Notes: a model not told the origin generated them from the sequence alone. A DNA stretch of 64,000 nt from Massalongia carnosa (GCA_965645245.1 OZ287085.1:1054001-1118000); one strand, 5' to 3'. Positions 49,201-62,539 are shown, counted from the first letter of the stretch. Made by a program: numbers and translations.

Positions 49201-52200
49201 TTCTCTGAAACTTCCTTTGATTGTTCTAGAGAAATTCGAGACTCCTTCTCGGATGTCTCCACGAGTTGGAACTCTGTAGGCTTCGAATCGGCCTTTCCCT
49301 CGTCCAGTTTAGGTGAAGACTTTCTCTTCTCCTTAACTCTTCTTACTGCTCCAAGAACCTCGAGAGTTTCATTCTCAGTCCCTTCAGTAGCCAGCAAGGA
49401 ACGCGCGCTTGGACCATTTTCGGTCTCATCAACGGAAGAGTCCTCTGATTCATAATCAGTTCCGTTAACAGATTCAGGTTCTATGAATCCATGCACAATT
49501 GTGCTATCAACAGTGGGCTCCCATTCCATAACATTTCCCCTAGGAGCAGTTACAGGGATGCCGGTTATCGACGCAACCACCCACTTCTTTGTCTCGAACT
49601 TTTCTTCGAGTTTCTCTGTCCCCTGTCGAATACTCAGAGGCTCCCCTGCTTCACTGGAAACTACTGCACCGACTTGATGAGACAAGTTGGGTTCATTTCC
49701 AGCATAGTCTGGACGCCTTGAAGGCCCGTCCGCAGGATTATAGCGCCCTGGTCGGTATTCAATTACCAAGTCGAGACTAGAGAGTCTCTACCACTATCGC
49801 GCTTCTCTTCGCGATAAATTCTTGGTGGTGAGAAACGTACGAAGGTTGCAGTGATCGGTGATCACACGAATGGGATGCATTGCCCCTTCAAGATAGTGTC
49901 GCCATTGCTTGCATGCTTCGACGATCGCTAACATCTCAGTGTCGCCCACTCCATAACTGAGTTCAGCTGGGGCCATTTTCCTTGACCAAAAGGCGATAGG
50001 ATGCCAGCGTCCGGATTCTTCGACTAACTGTGATATAATTGCAGAAATCGCGACTCGTGAGGCGTCCGTTTCTAATTGGATTTTCCTCTTCAGGTCGAAG
50101 TGCAATAGCATGGGAGCAGTCGTGAAAACAAGTTTTAATTTTTCGAAGGATTCCTTGGCTTCCTTTGTGAACGTAAACTGGCCGTCGAATTTACCCCTTT
50201 TTCCTCCTTTGAGAAGGGTATTAAGGGCAGTTACTATCCGCGAAAACCCGTCTATAAATCGTCTATAGAAGTTCGCAAAACCCAAGAAGACTTGTACGTC
50301 TCTATGATTTTTGGGTTCTGGCCAGTTTGTTATCGTCGTTATGCGAGAGGGGTCCATTCTTATGCCCGTTGGAGTCAAAATAAATCCTAAGTATTCAATC
50401 TCGGACTTATCGAAAAGGCATTTGGAGAGTTCGGCATGCAGATTATATTTCCGAAGCTTCTCGAGTATCATTCGAACGTGATTTGCATGCTCTTCGATTT
50501 TTTTAGAAAACACCAAAATATCGTCCAGATACACTACTACGAATACGTCCAGGTATTCCCTTAGAGCTTCGTGAATATACGCCTGAAACGTGGCAGGTGC
50601 ATTCGCTAACCCAAAAGGCATTACTAGATATTCGTAGTGACCGTACCTGCATCTGAACGCGGTCTTCCATTCGTCGCCGGCTCTAATGCGTATAGAGTTG
50701 AAGGCGTCCCGAATGTCGAATTTGGTAAAGATCAGCGCTCCTATCAACACTTCAACTAATCCTTGAATTAATGGGAGTGGATATCGATAATCGACGCATA
50801 GTCGCAGGCCACCATCTTTTTTCTTCGCGAATAATATTGGTGCTCCAGCCGAGGACTTGCTTGGAACTATGTAACCTTTAGCTAATTGCTCGTCCAAATA
50901 CTCACGGAGTGCATTTAATTCTGTCAGTGATAAATTATAAATAGGCCCGAAGGGAATGTTTCCTTCGGTCTCAATCGCATGATCATGAGGTCCATGTTCT
51001 GGTAGTTTATGTGCTTTCTCTTTGGAGAACACATCACTATAGTCAGCATATTTGGAAGGGATTTCAGTTGGTACTTCAGTCACAGAACCAATTACTGTTC
51101 CCGTTTGGTCGAGATCTTGAACATTTAGAAGATATGCTTGTATTCCCTCTTCTACGCACAGCCTTCGTATCCCCTGGGCGTCCACTACCGCTATATCTGG
51201 ATGACTATTGGAAGTTTTACTTCGAGGGACTTGTGTCCGCTCGACTACAGGCTCACCAGTCTCAAGGTCATAGACCTCATGCAGACACGCCTGACCATCC
51301 TCGTTTTCCGATGGACGAACATGGAACAATTTGCGCTCATGCCAGCGGATAACCGGATCAACCTGATCTAGCCAGGGCATTCCCAGTATCATATCAACGC
51401 CAAACATGTCAGCACCCACGAACGTTTGATCCGCTCGTACCTCTACACCCTTATCATCAACGACTCCAACTCGTAGAGTGTGATTATGATAAGTTTGTAG
51501 AGGCGTTCTATCCAGTGTCTTCAATTCCGACGGCGGTGGGGACTCGACAGGGATTCGTAAGGCAGCCTCCTTCACCTTTATTTGGGAAAGGAAATTCCAA
51601 GTAGAACCGCAGTCGATCATAGCGCGTATTTGCAGAAGTACCTTGTCAATGTATAATGTCACTACAGTGAATAGATGTTTTACCGTTTCACCTCATTGTC
51701 TGCGAGCCAAAACAATCGAGGCAATATCGATTGGCTCTAGGCTTTTCCCGACCTTCGAGATGGTGCTCTACACTCGGAGCGTTTGTGACCTTTCTTGTTA
51801 CAATTCCAGCATGTAATTCCAAAGTTATCGTAATTTTCTTCACGAGGCCTCTTGGAATTAGGCCGAGTAACAACAGCCTGTGTCGTGTTAGCGTTCTTGG
51901 GCTCATCGGGTTTAGAAGAGGTGGTTCTCATATAGGTAGAGGATCGCCGGGCGTACGACGGCCGTGAGGATCTCTCTCCATTTTCAGAACGAGATTGTGT
52001 TCTAGTAGAGGTGGTGCGAAGAAAGTCGGGTTTCGGCTCCACCCGCTCGGCCACTCGTGCGGCTTCGATCAACTCTACACGATTCTTGCCTTGTGAGTTG
52101 GCGCGAATAATAGCTCGTTGCAAGTAGTCATGTAGGGAATGTAAGAGGTTACTATGCTTTTGTGACTCCGAAGGCCTTTCCGGTAGTTGATCTTCGAGAG

Positions 52201-53032
52201 TCTCCAAGTAAGAAACCAATTCCGAGACGGATTAACCCGGACGTTGTTTAAGCTTCTTAAATTGACCGCCGATGTCTAATAGTCGGAGGTGTTTGGGTTT
52301 GAGTTTCTCCTGTAAAAAGTGAGTCATATGTTCCCACGTATAGGAGGGTTGGTCTGGGGTTGGTCTTTCGCGATGCCAGTCATTCGCCGGGGTGCCGTCA
52401 ATAAAGTTCTCAGCATAGAGAATCTTTGCCCTGTCAGTCGCATAAGTGATGGGTTTAGTCTCGAACGTCCGTTGACATTCTCTAATGAAGGTCTCATAGT
52501 CCTTCTGATTAGTACCCGTGGAAAGCTTAGGGTCAGCAACTTTAAAGGACTTTTCGAGACTAAGAGGGTCCACTTCCTTTGCTCTGAGAGGTATTGTCAT
52601 AGTAAGAGGTTCTGTTGGGAAACCAGCGTCTCGTTCGGCCCTGGCCTTTTCGAGGTTAGTTGCCAATTGGGCTCGGGCGCGCTGGTCGTTGATATCATCC
52701 AACTCCTGTTGCATCTCTTCCATAGTTGGTAGTCGCTGGTCATTACCAGGCCCCTCGCCAGAGGTACGCGTTGTAGAAGAATCGTCAGTTCCTTCAGGTT
52801 GGGTAATGGGGTTACCTCTAGCAGATGCAGCAGGACGACCTCGTGGTGCCATATCGTAGTCGGACCGTTCTTCGTTTTAAGACTGATCAATATGTGAGAC
52901 GAAGTACGAACAGTGTGATTATATGACTCTACAATAGTGATAGGACAATAGAATAAGAGTCGCTAAGGAATAGCAGTAAATGGACTGTAATCAATAGATT
53001 GATCAGTGGTGGTGGGCAAAGGGCTCTTTATC
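46283..53032 (-). mobile_element. Gypsy/Ty3 chromovirus, degenerate. 3' LTR 46283-46581, gag 52852-51737, pol ~51700-47574, 5' LTR 52893-~53032 truncated.
   Basis: Gag CWNCNKKGHKRSEC, protease IDCGS, RT YLDD, RNase H TDAS, integrase HHCC, MDFIT and HPQTDGQ, GPY motif, and chromodomain WEVEKILDSR..YLVKWLGY. PPT AGGAGGAGGGTAC next to the LTR. Several in-frame stops. Confidence 0.95.
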
Positions 53033-53585
53033 TTATAAAGAAGTCAAAAAGTCAAAAACGTCAACAAGCAAGCTCTCCGTCATGCAAAACAATTGCCTTC
53101 GCACCATAGCCGGTGCCTTTAAAGCCACTCCCATCTCAGTACTAGAAGCAGAGACATTCATAGCGCCCATAGACACGCATCTCGACATGCTACAAGCACA
53201 GGCAAGGCACCGGCTCCGAGCCGGAGGCCAATTGAAGATCATCTCCTCCGCATGCAACAAAATAGCTGACAAACTTAGAGGCAAGGCAGGTCGCAAACGA
53301 CTTCAAAAGCCCACCCCGGGAGAGCTGAAATACATCTGGGCCAAAAGCCTACAGATCGACTCAAAAATAGTTCAACCACCAAAGGCACACCCAGCATGGT
53401 TCGAAGTCTACCCGGCGTGGCACCGCGAAGTTACCGTTGCGGCAACGGCCCGACACAAGCAGATACAAACAATCAAAGCACAACAAATGAAGGTCTGGAA
53501 CGACTCATGGTTCGCATATCAAAATCGCGTCATCGAACCCTCCATAGCACAATCAGTCCCACTGAGCAAAAAACGGCTGAAAAAT

Positions 53586-54615
53586 TGTAATACGGATGGC
53601 GCTAGAAGGATACGTGATCGCCTATGGCGGTTGCGGGATTAACTAGCGTGGACCATGCCGTAGTACGAAGTCGCATAAGCCGTCGAGGCTGACACACTGC
53701 CATCTTGCCCCGAAACTTCGGAGTTATTGTTATCACGTTCTTGACTACTTACAGATCAAACACCCGTCGAGGCCGTGGTGGTAGATTGCCATGGAGTGTA
53801 AGGCGGACTCGTGTGGAGACGCCGAGGAACTCTATATGGAATCTACTGGCCTACTCGGAGCTACTGGATCTCTTGATGGTTCAAGAGAGGTAGCAGGAGG
53901 CACGGCTCGCTGGACGCAGCTTGAGCTAGGCTCCCCGGTGTAAACTTCAGCTTCAACCTTTATTACTACGTTGGTAGTAATGTCGGCTGAATGAACCTAC
54001 ATGACCTCGTTGTCTAGACCTTGTGTCTAGAGGCAGGTCCGCAGTGTAGCGAGGTATTCAGTCGGAGGTAACCTTCCATCACTAGGTAGTGGTGACGGCG
54101 AAATGAAGCTACATAGCCTGAGGCATGTAGTGAGGGATCTAGCCGGGGGTAGAATTGTTCTACCTTGCAAGGGAAGATCTAGAAGGCTGCTCGAGGCTGA
54201 CTAGATGATCCAGCGAACGCCGAGTTCGTGGATGGATCCTGAGGGATGGTTGGATATAATGCGATAAAGTCGGATGTGGATTGCAAGGCTGTAATGCTCG
54301 CAAGACTCCCAAGGCTTGCAAGGCTCCTAAGGTTCCAAGGCTCCCAAGGCTATAGGCTTGGGGTGAGTAGGATAAATATCAGAACGAATCTTGTAGTATT
54401 CGTTAGCAATTAGTCTTTATTCTATGAACAACCTACGTTTGGGTCTCGGACGAGATCTCTTGGTCCAAGCACTTCCACATCCATTAGTTCTTTGGATCAC
54501 ATATACTCTCGGAGACTAGCACGTAGTAGCTATCTTCCTCCTCTCACGCTGAGCATTTCCCCTTTCGAGATCAGTGTCGCTCGTGATAAGCTTACTGGTC
54601 TCGTAGCCCATTACA
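53586..54615. mobile_element. Solo LTR (1030 bp) inserted in LINE ORF2
   Basis: TGTAAT...ATTACA ends with TSD AAAAT on both sides. Confidence 0.93.
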
Positions 54616-55429
54616 AAAATACACACGCAGCTAAAAAAGGCAGAAAGCGCTCTAACAACTCAAATCCGCACTGGCAAGATCGGGTTAGCTGACTTCCTCT
54701 ACAAGCGACGGGTGCCCTCCGTCACCTCACCGGCCTGCTCATGTGGCTGGCACAGACAAACTCCAGAACATGTAATCATGTTCTGCAGACTTATTGACAA
54801 TAGAGAACAGATGTTTCGCGCCGCCGGCACGAGCGACTATCAGCAGCTGACCAAATCATCAAAAACTCTGAAGATACTAACTGCTTGGCTAATGAAAACA
54901 GGCTTATTGAATCAATTCTCACTAGCATCAACATTATTGTAAAATCAACAATAGTTGAACTTTTCTTTCTTTCTTCTCTTTTCACAAGGCATTATAGTTC
55001 CCACACGTCTTTTGCACTGCGTCTCCCGCCCGACGTCGACACGTAGTCAAATCGGACGGGTATCAAGGGACATGGTTTTTACACCTGTGAAAGGTTTTCC
55101 ATGTAACATAACTTAGATAGCTTTGCCCGCATGGGCCGGCCAACGGCCGGTGTCATATCGGAGTATGAATACATCATCATTATTAATACTTATCAAAATT
55201 AAGCACTACAAAAGTTGAATTAAAAAATTTGATTAAATTTCAAAATACAAATTAAAAAATCACAAGAAAATAACTACAAGATGAACGAGATAAAGAAGTA
55301 TTCGAAGAAGACGGATAAGGAGAAATTAAAAAATATGACAAAAGATTTCAGATATTGATTTACATTAATTTTTCATAATTTAAGGAGATATAGACGCGGT
55401 TAATATAAAGGTAATTATCATAATAAAGG

Positions 55430-56440
55430 TATGCCCCAATAGATGTGTATTTGGATCATCTGCAGGCTAAAGCCAGATATCGACTACGAATCGCGGGGCA
55501 AAATGCACTCGCTAACTCCGCATGCAAGATAATAGCTAATAAGCTACGGGAAAGAGCAGGTCGAAGAAAAACTCCACCGCCAACACCCGGAGAACTGAAA
55601 CACACATGGGCCAAGGCAATGTTAATTAGAGAGGCCGCCGTCAGATTACCGCCTTCCGCGCCCCCGTGGTACGAGGCCAGTCCAGAATATCTCAAGGAGC
55701 TGAGAGAAGCGCGAACGGCCCAACGGGCACATCATACGCGGCTCATGGAGGATCATATAAAAATATGGAAGTCAACATGGGCGACTTATCAAAATCGCAT
55801 TCCACTCCCCACCGAGGCTCAACAAGCTTCGCTTAACAAAAAGAGATTTAAAATTCACAGCAATTTGGCAAAAGCGGAGAGTTCACTAGCAACGCAAATT
55901 CGCACGGAGAAAATCGGGCTAGCCAACTTTCTTTTCAACCGAAGGGTACCCAATGTAAACTCACCGGCGTGCATATGTGGATAGCTAAGGCAGACGACTA
56001 AACACGTTATCATGCACTGTCAGCTGATAGACGAAAGAAATAAATTATTTAATAATTGAAAACTAACAATTATCGTACGATAATTGAAAATTCCGCAAAA
56101 TTGAAATAGCTGACAGCATGGTTGATGCGGGCAGATATACTAAAACAGTTTTCAATTGCAGCGACCATGCTGTACGGATAGTTCCTGTCGATACAGCATT
56201 TGAAATGTTTGACTTCTTCGCTATTTCTTTCGTTCTTTTCCTTTTTCTTTCTAGGACCTCACAGATACACGTTATTAGATACACTGAGGGGTCATGAGGA
56301 TCCCGCAGGCGATAATTCTGGTAACTCGGTTTTTATTCCTTAAAAGGTTTTCCTATGTACAATAGTCATATAGAACCACGCCCACATGGGCCGGCCTTCG
56401 GCCGGTGACATATCGGTGTAAGAATTTATCATCATAATTA
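55430..56440 (+). mobile_element. 5'-truncated LINE 3' fragment (related family)
   Basis: LDHLQAKARYRL, PTPGELK, SSLATQIRTEKIGL, SPACICG. The 3' UTR resembles 55080-55180. Confidence 0.85.
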
Positions 56441-57863
56441 TAATAAAAGTAATACAGCGCCACCGTATAAGGCTGATTATTACTAAGCCTGATGACTCAG
56501 CGGTGCTTAACACGGTCATACTATAGTCAGGTCAAGCGATGACTAATGGGACCGGACAGAAGGTCTGAGCCCACGGAGAAACGTCCGCCCTTAGTTGGCA
56601 TAGTTGGCAGAGTACTGAAGAAACTCGACCTCGACTATGCCCACTGATCTATATAATATGGTATTAGTCCTACCTAGATAGATCATCTCATAATTTAACT
56701 ACTTCGTAATAAATTGTTCTACTCTTAACCCACTACACTACTCCTAGTCCAGAGTCACTCTAACAAAAGGTGTGTAAAAGGATGTCTATTGAGATATGCG
56801 AGCATGCTCGTCTATATACAGCTAATCTAGATTAGTCTAATCTGGAACTGCTTCTATCGTGGAAGGATAAAGATTTAAGCTAAGCTTATCACGGAGATAA
56901 ACAAGGATTAGAGTACTAAAGCATGCTATGTTATGTTATTGTAACAGTTAAAATTTATTTAATTTTCTACCAGCACAACAGATGAGATTGGATCAGATCT
57001 AGTTTAACCGTATCAGTTACTTAAGAACTTTAGCGGTTTCTTAAGCAACCTAGGCTCGGATAAACAATTATTACTTTGCTTAATAGAGGGTGACTACTTA
57101 AAAGAAGAAGACAACTTTATAGCTGTAAGAACCACTATTCAGGGAAGACGAATAGTAGTCGGCTACCTAAGAGACTAAGAATATAACAGGGGTGGTAATA
57201 AGTCACCTAAGCAACTGAGCCAAAAGGCTACTATGGTAGTTCTCCTATGGAGACACTACCGCTTATTACACTACATATAGGTGCCTCGCGCCCGGTACGT
57301 CACCGTACCTCCTTAGGCGCTCATGTATTGCGCCCGCTGGCTAGCAGTACTGAGTACCGCTGTAACAAAGAATAAAGAAGAGAAATCTATCTACAAAGAA
57401 GAATTTGAAATCTATATGCCTCGTTTGCCCTTCTTCTCGAAGATTCCATCCGGTTCTAGAAGCTTATCTCCGAAGCTTCGGTCGGAAAGAGCCGTTGGAT
57501 TTAGTGCTCACACACCCGAGTCCTGACAATAGCAATTCTTTATCTTATACATCAGTGTCATATACTGTTGAATAGGTCTATGACTATGGCTATATGACTA
57601 TGTAAAGATAGGGGCCTGTATGACCATGATGTTAAGGATGCAGAGTTGCTACGGAGTGCAGAGCAATCTGTTCCCTTTATATTGGTCACCTCTGCTAAGC
57701 GAGATGATAATAGTTTATCCGAGCCTCTATGCGATTAGATTAGATCTGATTTTATCTAATCTATCGACTAGGCAATGCTGGTAGAAGTTGAACATTCAAC
57801 ACCCTCCCTCAAGTTCTGCCAGTACTTGTTCTGATGATCAAAACCGCGCTGCGCGGTATGAAC

Positions 57864-60800
57864 TCAACTACATGAATTCATGTGAAGTTGTCTGATGAAG
57901 GAGAAGAATTTGACGTGGGTAAGCGGTTTGGTCAGTCCGTCCGCTACCATGTGTTCTGTTGAAACATAGGTAAGGTCTATTCGACCCTCTGTGACCTCAT
58001 TCCGTATGAAGTGATGCTGAATGTCGATGTGCTTAGTCCTTGAATGTAAGACGGGATTATTGGCCAGTGCTATAGCACTCTGATTATCACCTTTCAATGC
58101 TATAGCGCCTTCCCTTTCAAGTACATTCACTGTCGGAGTAGCATCATCCTGCATCAGGCCGAGTTCTGTCATCAATAAGCGTATCCATATGGTCTCCTTA
58201 GCAGCTAAGGTGAGTGCCATATATTCGGCTTCTGTGGATGAGAGGGCAACGGTTTTCTGTCTTTTTGAGGCCCAACTGATTGGTCCATTGTTCAGCATGA
58301 AGACGTATCCGGAGGTGGACTTGCGGTCTTCCTTGTCACCGGCCCAATCAGAATCGGAATAGCCCTGTATAGACAAATCTCCGCCACCAAAGGTAATGCC
58401 TCTGTCTCTGGTTGCACTGAGATATCTGAGAATCTGCTTGGCTGCCTCCATGTGTGATTTGCCAGGATTTTTGGCATGTCGGCTGACCACTGAGGTCGCG
58501 TAGGCAATGTCAGGCCTTGTTTCTATCATAGCAAACATGATGGAGCCGACGATTGCTTGATACTGTTTAATGTCTGATTCTGAGGCCTGGGATTCATTTC
58601 TGAATAGACTGCCTTCTTTCATTGGGGTGGTGGTAGTTTTCGCGTTCTGCATATGAAACTTCTCCAGGACCTTTTCGATGTAGGTAGATTGAGATAGTTT
58701 GATTGTTCTGTTATCGCGATTTCGTTCTACCTTTAGGCCTAGATAATGACTGATTGGGCCCATGTCCACCATCTTGAACGCAATGTTCAGTTGTTTCTTG
58801 ACTTCAGATATCATAGGAGATCCCTTTGGACCTATGATGTTCAGATCATCAACGAAGGAGGTAACAATTGGACCTCTTATTCCTGCCGAAGAGGAGAAGA
58901 TACTATGATCTGCGTGAAGTTTGGACAGACCCAGCTTGGTAAGTAGAAATTCGGATAGCCTTTCATACCATAGGCGTGGAGATTGTTTCAGGCCATAGAG
59001 AGCCTTGTTCAGTTTGCAGATCATGCCCGCTTTTTCATATCCTTTGGGCATTTGGACGTAAATCAATTGATCTATTACCCCATACAAGAATGCTGTGACG
59101 ACATCAAGCTGTTCGATGTCCAAGTCATGATGAGCTGCTATGGCAAACAATAATCGGAAGGCCATTGGTTTCACTACGGAGGCATAGGTCTGTTCGAAAT
59201 CTACTCCGTACTGCTGGAGATAGCCTTTCACCACCCATCTGGATTTGTACCGTGTGATATTTCCATTGACGTCTCGTTTCAGTTTGTATACCTATTTTCC
59301 ACTGAGAGCAGTATGATTGGGCTCCATATCCTCGGTTCTGACAAGAGTCCATGTTTCGTTCTCGAGAAGACTGTTGTGTTCATTGTCCATGGAACGACTC
59401 CAGCTTTCGGAATGTGGACCTTTCATAGCTTGATGGTATGTCTGAGGTTCAGCTATGTCGAGTTGAGACAGTGCGTCATAGTCTTCCAATCCTGATGATC
59501 CTTCCTTTTCCAAGGTTCTGGCAAGAAGAACGAGTGGATCCTCTGTGTCTATGTCATCGTATGTAGGAGTATGATTGGGTTCATCTAAAGCTGTGTCTGA
59601 TAGAAGAGACAATGCGTGTTCTATCTGAGCATGCTTCCTGGGTCTGCCACGTCCACGTTTTGGAATCGTTGTGGGGGATGAAATGACTGTTGATTTTGAT
59701 GGAGTGACTGTATCGGGAGTCATGATGGCCTCGTATGTAGGAACGTTGGTCTGGTCTTTGGAGATGGCGTCTTCGTGAATGCGCAGATCTTTGACCCTGA
59801 TGACCCTGTAGTCCTTTTCCAGAAAGACTCGATAGATTGTGCATCCATCGTACCCACACAAGACTCCGCGTTGGGCCCGAGGTAGAAATTTGGCCGATTT
59901 GCTGTTGGCGCCTTTGCGTTCTTCCTCATGAATGAGGACATACACGGTTGATCCCAACACTCGCAGATGATTCAGAGGAGGTGACTTTGACTCGTAAATT
60001 TCAAATGGGGTCTTTCCGGATAAAGCATTTGTAGGTCTGACGTTTTTTGTGTGAACCATAGCTAAAACCACCTCTGTCCATAGGTAGTCCGGAATGCCTC
60101 CTGCAATGATGGTACATCTAGTCATGTCCATGATAGTTCTGCCTGTTCGTTCAGACACACCGTTTTGTTCCTGTGAATACGGTGCGGAGGGTTCAAACGT
60201 TATCCCTTCTTTCAGGAACCAATCATCCGATTTCAGACTTCGAAGTTCTGTGCCGAAATCAGTTCGAAAGATGTTTATTGGCTTGCTCTTTCCTGTCTTG
60301 TTCTGAGCTAGACTGTAGTATGTCAACAGATGATCAAACCATTCGCTCTTCTTGATGCCTGTATACACATGAGTGTATCTGCTGGCATCGCAGGTGAAGG
60401 TAAAGAAGTACTGTTCTTCAAGAAGTCCTGCTGGTTTGATGGGTCCTACTAGATCGGAATGAACCTTTTGAAAGATGCCTGTTGCTCTCTCCTGAGGTGT
60501 CCGGTTGTATATCTTAGTGGCCTTTCCGAGTTCACAGGATGAACAGTACCAATCTTTGTTCACGTTGTCTGAGTACGACACATCGAGTCTTTTCAGAAAA
60601 GCTCGGCAGGTGATCAGGTTTAAATGACCAAGACGCGCATGCCATGTTGACAGGTCTGTTATGGCTGACGTGTGGTAGACTGATGTGTTCGGCCACTGAA
60701 AGGTGCTCTCATCTGTCTGCATAAGATGTGTAGCCACGTCTGGGGCGTCCAAGGTCTTTAGTACAAAGTTTGTATTGACTCTTGGCACATAGCCTATGAT

Positions 60801-61166
60801 GTTCTGACTAATCCCGTTGAATAGGGTCCAGTTAACATTGTCATAGTAGATGTTGTTTTGGTTGAGTAGTGCCAGACTGACGAGGTTCACTGGACACTGT
60901 GGAATGAAAAGAACGTTGTTCAGTATTAACACTGACGAGGGTGAGTCGTCCTGTAGTGCCAACGTTTTCCGGATCATTCCCCTCCCTGGAGACGTGCCAT
61001 CTGATGTAGATCCTGCCAGACCTGTGGAGCGTGTTATGTAGTTGATGAACGACGGCCTGTGATTGCATACGTGCATGTCCGCTGCGCTGTCTAGTAGCCA
61101 GGTGTCTCTGTTGAGATGGTTGATGGTCATGACCTTCTGTAGAGTGGTAGTCATGACCACTGTGAG
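57864..61166 (-). pseudogene. pol: Copia Pol (PR-IN-RT-RH) with one nonsense codon at 59292-59294
   Basis: WLLDSAA, WHARLGH...CSSC, VHSDL, RTDFGTE, QNGVSER, GK*VYKLK (normally Trp), LYGLKQSPR, FVDD, YSDSDWAG and ADGLTK. Confidence 0.92.
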
Positions 61167-62102
61167 TCAACTGCTCACTGTGGGAGTTGTAGTGACTGTG
61201 GTGCCTGGAGTTGACGTGGTGACTTCTGGCTTGGAGTTCTTTTGTCTCTTGACCCTCCCTGATTCAGCCGTGTCTCCTCTCGCCCGTTTTAGATGGGGGA
61301 ATTTCTGGAAACACTCATCTGGCCAATGTCGTGTTCTGTTCCTATTTACACACTCTGGAACGGTGCAACTTCCGATAGGTGCTCTACCTCTGTTGGAAGC
61401 GCCAGTGTGAAAAGCCTTGACAGTTAGGTTTCGTGCATAGGCTATGAGGATTTTTGTTGTTTCCGAAAGGTTTGTGGTGTCGTGCGTCCAGTCCCTGCGG
61501 AGTTGTGCAATGAGCGGGTCATACTTGTCTGTGCAGTTACCAAGCAGCATTCCCTGAAGTACAAACTCTATGGAGTCGACGTTCACCTTGACCTCTTCGA
61601 TCAACATGCCCTTGATCTGATTGAAGGCACCGTCATACTCTGAACAGTATTGACTGACTGTGTCGAAGTCTCTCATCTTTTTCGTACTAACCCTCAAGAT
61701 GACATCCGTGATGCTCATTGGTGCCACGTCCTGGAATCTATTCTTCAGAATGGCCCACATCTCGGCAGCGGTCTTTTTATTGATGAGGTTGTAGTGACAT
61801 GGTGCAACCAGTCCATGGATGATTCCAATAGCCTTGGTCATCTCGGTTTTCTGTCTGTTCTTATCATCCCGAAGTTCTTTGACGAGGATGCTGGTAGTAA
61901 GACTGGCCGGAGTAAACCCTGATACGATGAGGCTCTCTCTGATGGAGTCCAATGAGATCTCTGGTTGGATTTCCAGAATGGCTGTGTCACAGTTATTCTT
62001 CAGCAGAATACCTCTGGTGTAACTAGCCCATGCTGAGTAGTGTTCCGAGTTCTCTAGAAGGTGAGGCTTCTCTGTAGAACTGTTGATGTCAGGAAGAGAC
62101 AT
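61167..62102 (-). CDS. gag: Copia Gag (311 aa)
   Basis: KTAAEMWAILKNRF and a variant zinc knuckle CTVPEC...HWPDEC. Ends in TGA, in frame with pol. Confidence 0.85.
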   Translation of the reverse strand: MSLPDINSSTEKPHLLENSEHYSAWASYTRGILLKNNCDTAILEIQPEISLDSIRESLIVSGFTPASLTTSILVKELRDDKNRQKTEMTKAIGIIHGLVAPCHYNLINKKTAAEMWAILKNRFQDVAPMSITDVILRVSTKKMRDFDTVSQYCSEYDGAFNQIKGMLIEEVKVNVDSIEFVLQGMLLGNCTDKYDPLIAQLRRDWTHDTTNLSETTKILIAYARNLTVKAFHTGASNRGRAPIGSCTVPECVNRNRTRHWPDECFQKFPHLKRARGDTAESGRVKRQKNSKPEVTTSTPGTTVTTTPTVSS

Positions 62103-62539
62103 GATGAAGTCAGATGAAGAGAGTCAGATGAAGATGAAGAAGAGGTCTCTAGTAAACTTCTGTAGATTGAAAGGTATCTAAGTTTCTGAGATTGGTGCAG
62201 GAGTAGGATGTGCACTGGAATGAATGGAGGAGATTGGGAATATGTAATCTAGTTATAGACAAAACATTTCCTTTCCTTTGTCATCAAACTGTGATGTTCC
62301 TTTCTTTGCCACAACGCTTGTACCCGCATGAAAGAACTCTCTTCAGATGGTGAAACTTTCACTTGGTGGTGTGGAGATAGGCTGTCGGAACCACGGTCCG
62401 ACCGTTCCATTTAATAGGCCGGGCCTGTTAAATGGAATAAGGTTTTTTCCGGATTCCGAATTTCCCGATTGAGGCGTTCTGCTTAATTGAAGTCTGATTA
62501 CTCCATCTGTATACGCGTAGACTAGTCAGAAAGTCTGTT

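Larger units (their letters stand above)
43252..55180 (+). mobile_element. Tad1-like LINE. ORF1 43252-44739 has two stops; ORF2 starts at 44736 and is interrupted by the Gypsy (46283-53032) and a solo LTR (53586-54615); the RT core is missing.
   Basis: Three CCHC knuckles (CFNCQKYGHIGRAC and others), endonuclease motifs IQEPW, GDFNLHHPFW and SDH, and KAPGPDG. After the Gypsy: CLRTIAGAFKATP, C-terminal CSCG...HVIMFC, and an (ATC)n tail. The two halves could belong to separate copies. Confidence 0.88.

Noticed and set aside
35949..54615. The two 1030-bp LTRs as the ends of one 18.7-kb element
   Set aside because: The right copy has its own AAAAT TSD, the outer flanks do not match, and the interior is unrelated nested elements.
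56450..57560. Possible degraded LTR or other TE relics (one ends ...CTCTAACA at 56765)
   Set aside because: No matching 5' TG end or TSD could be fixed by eye.
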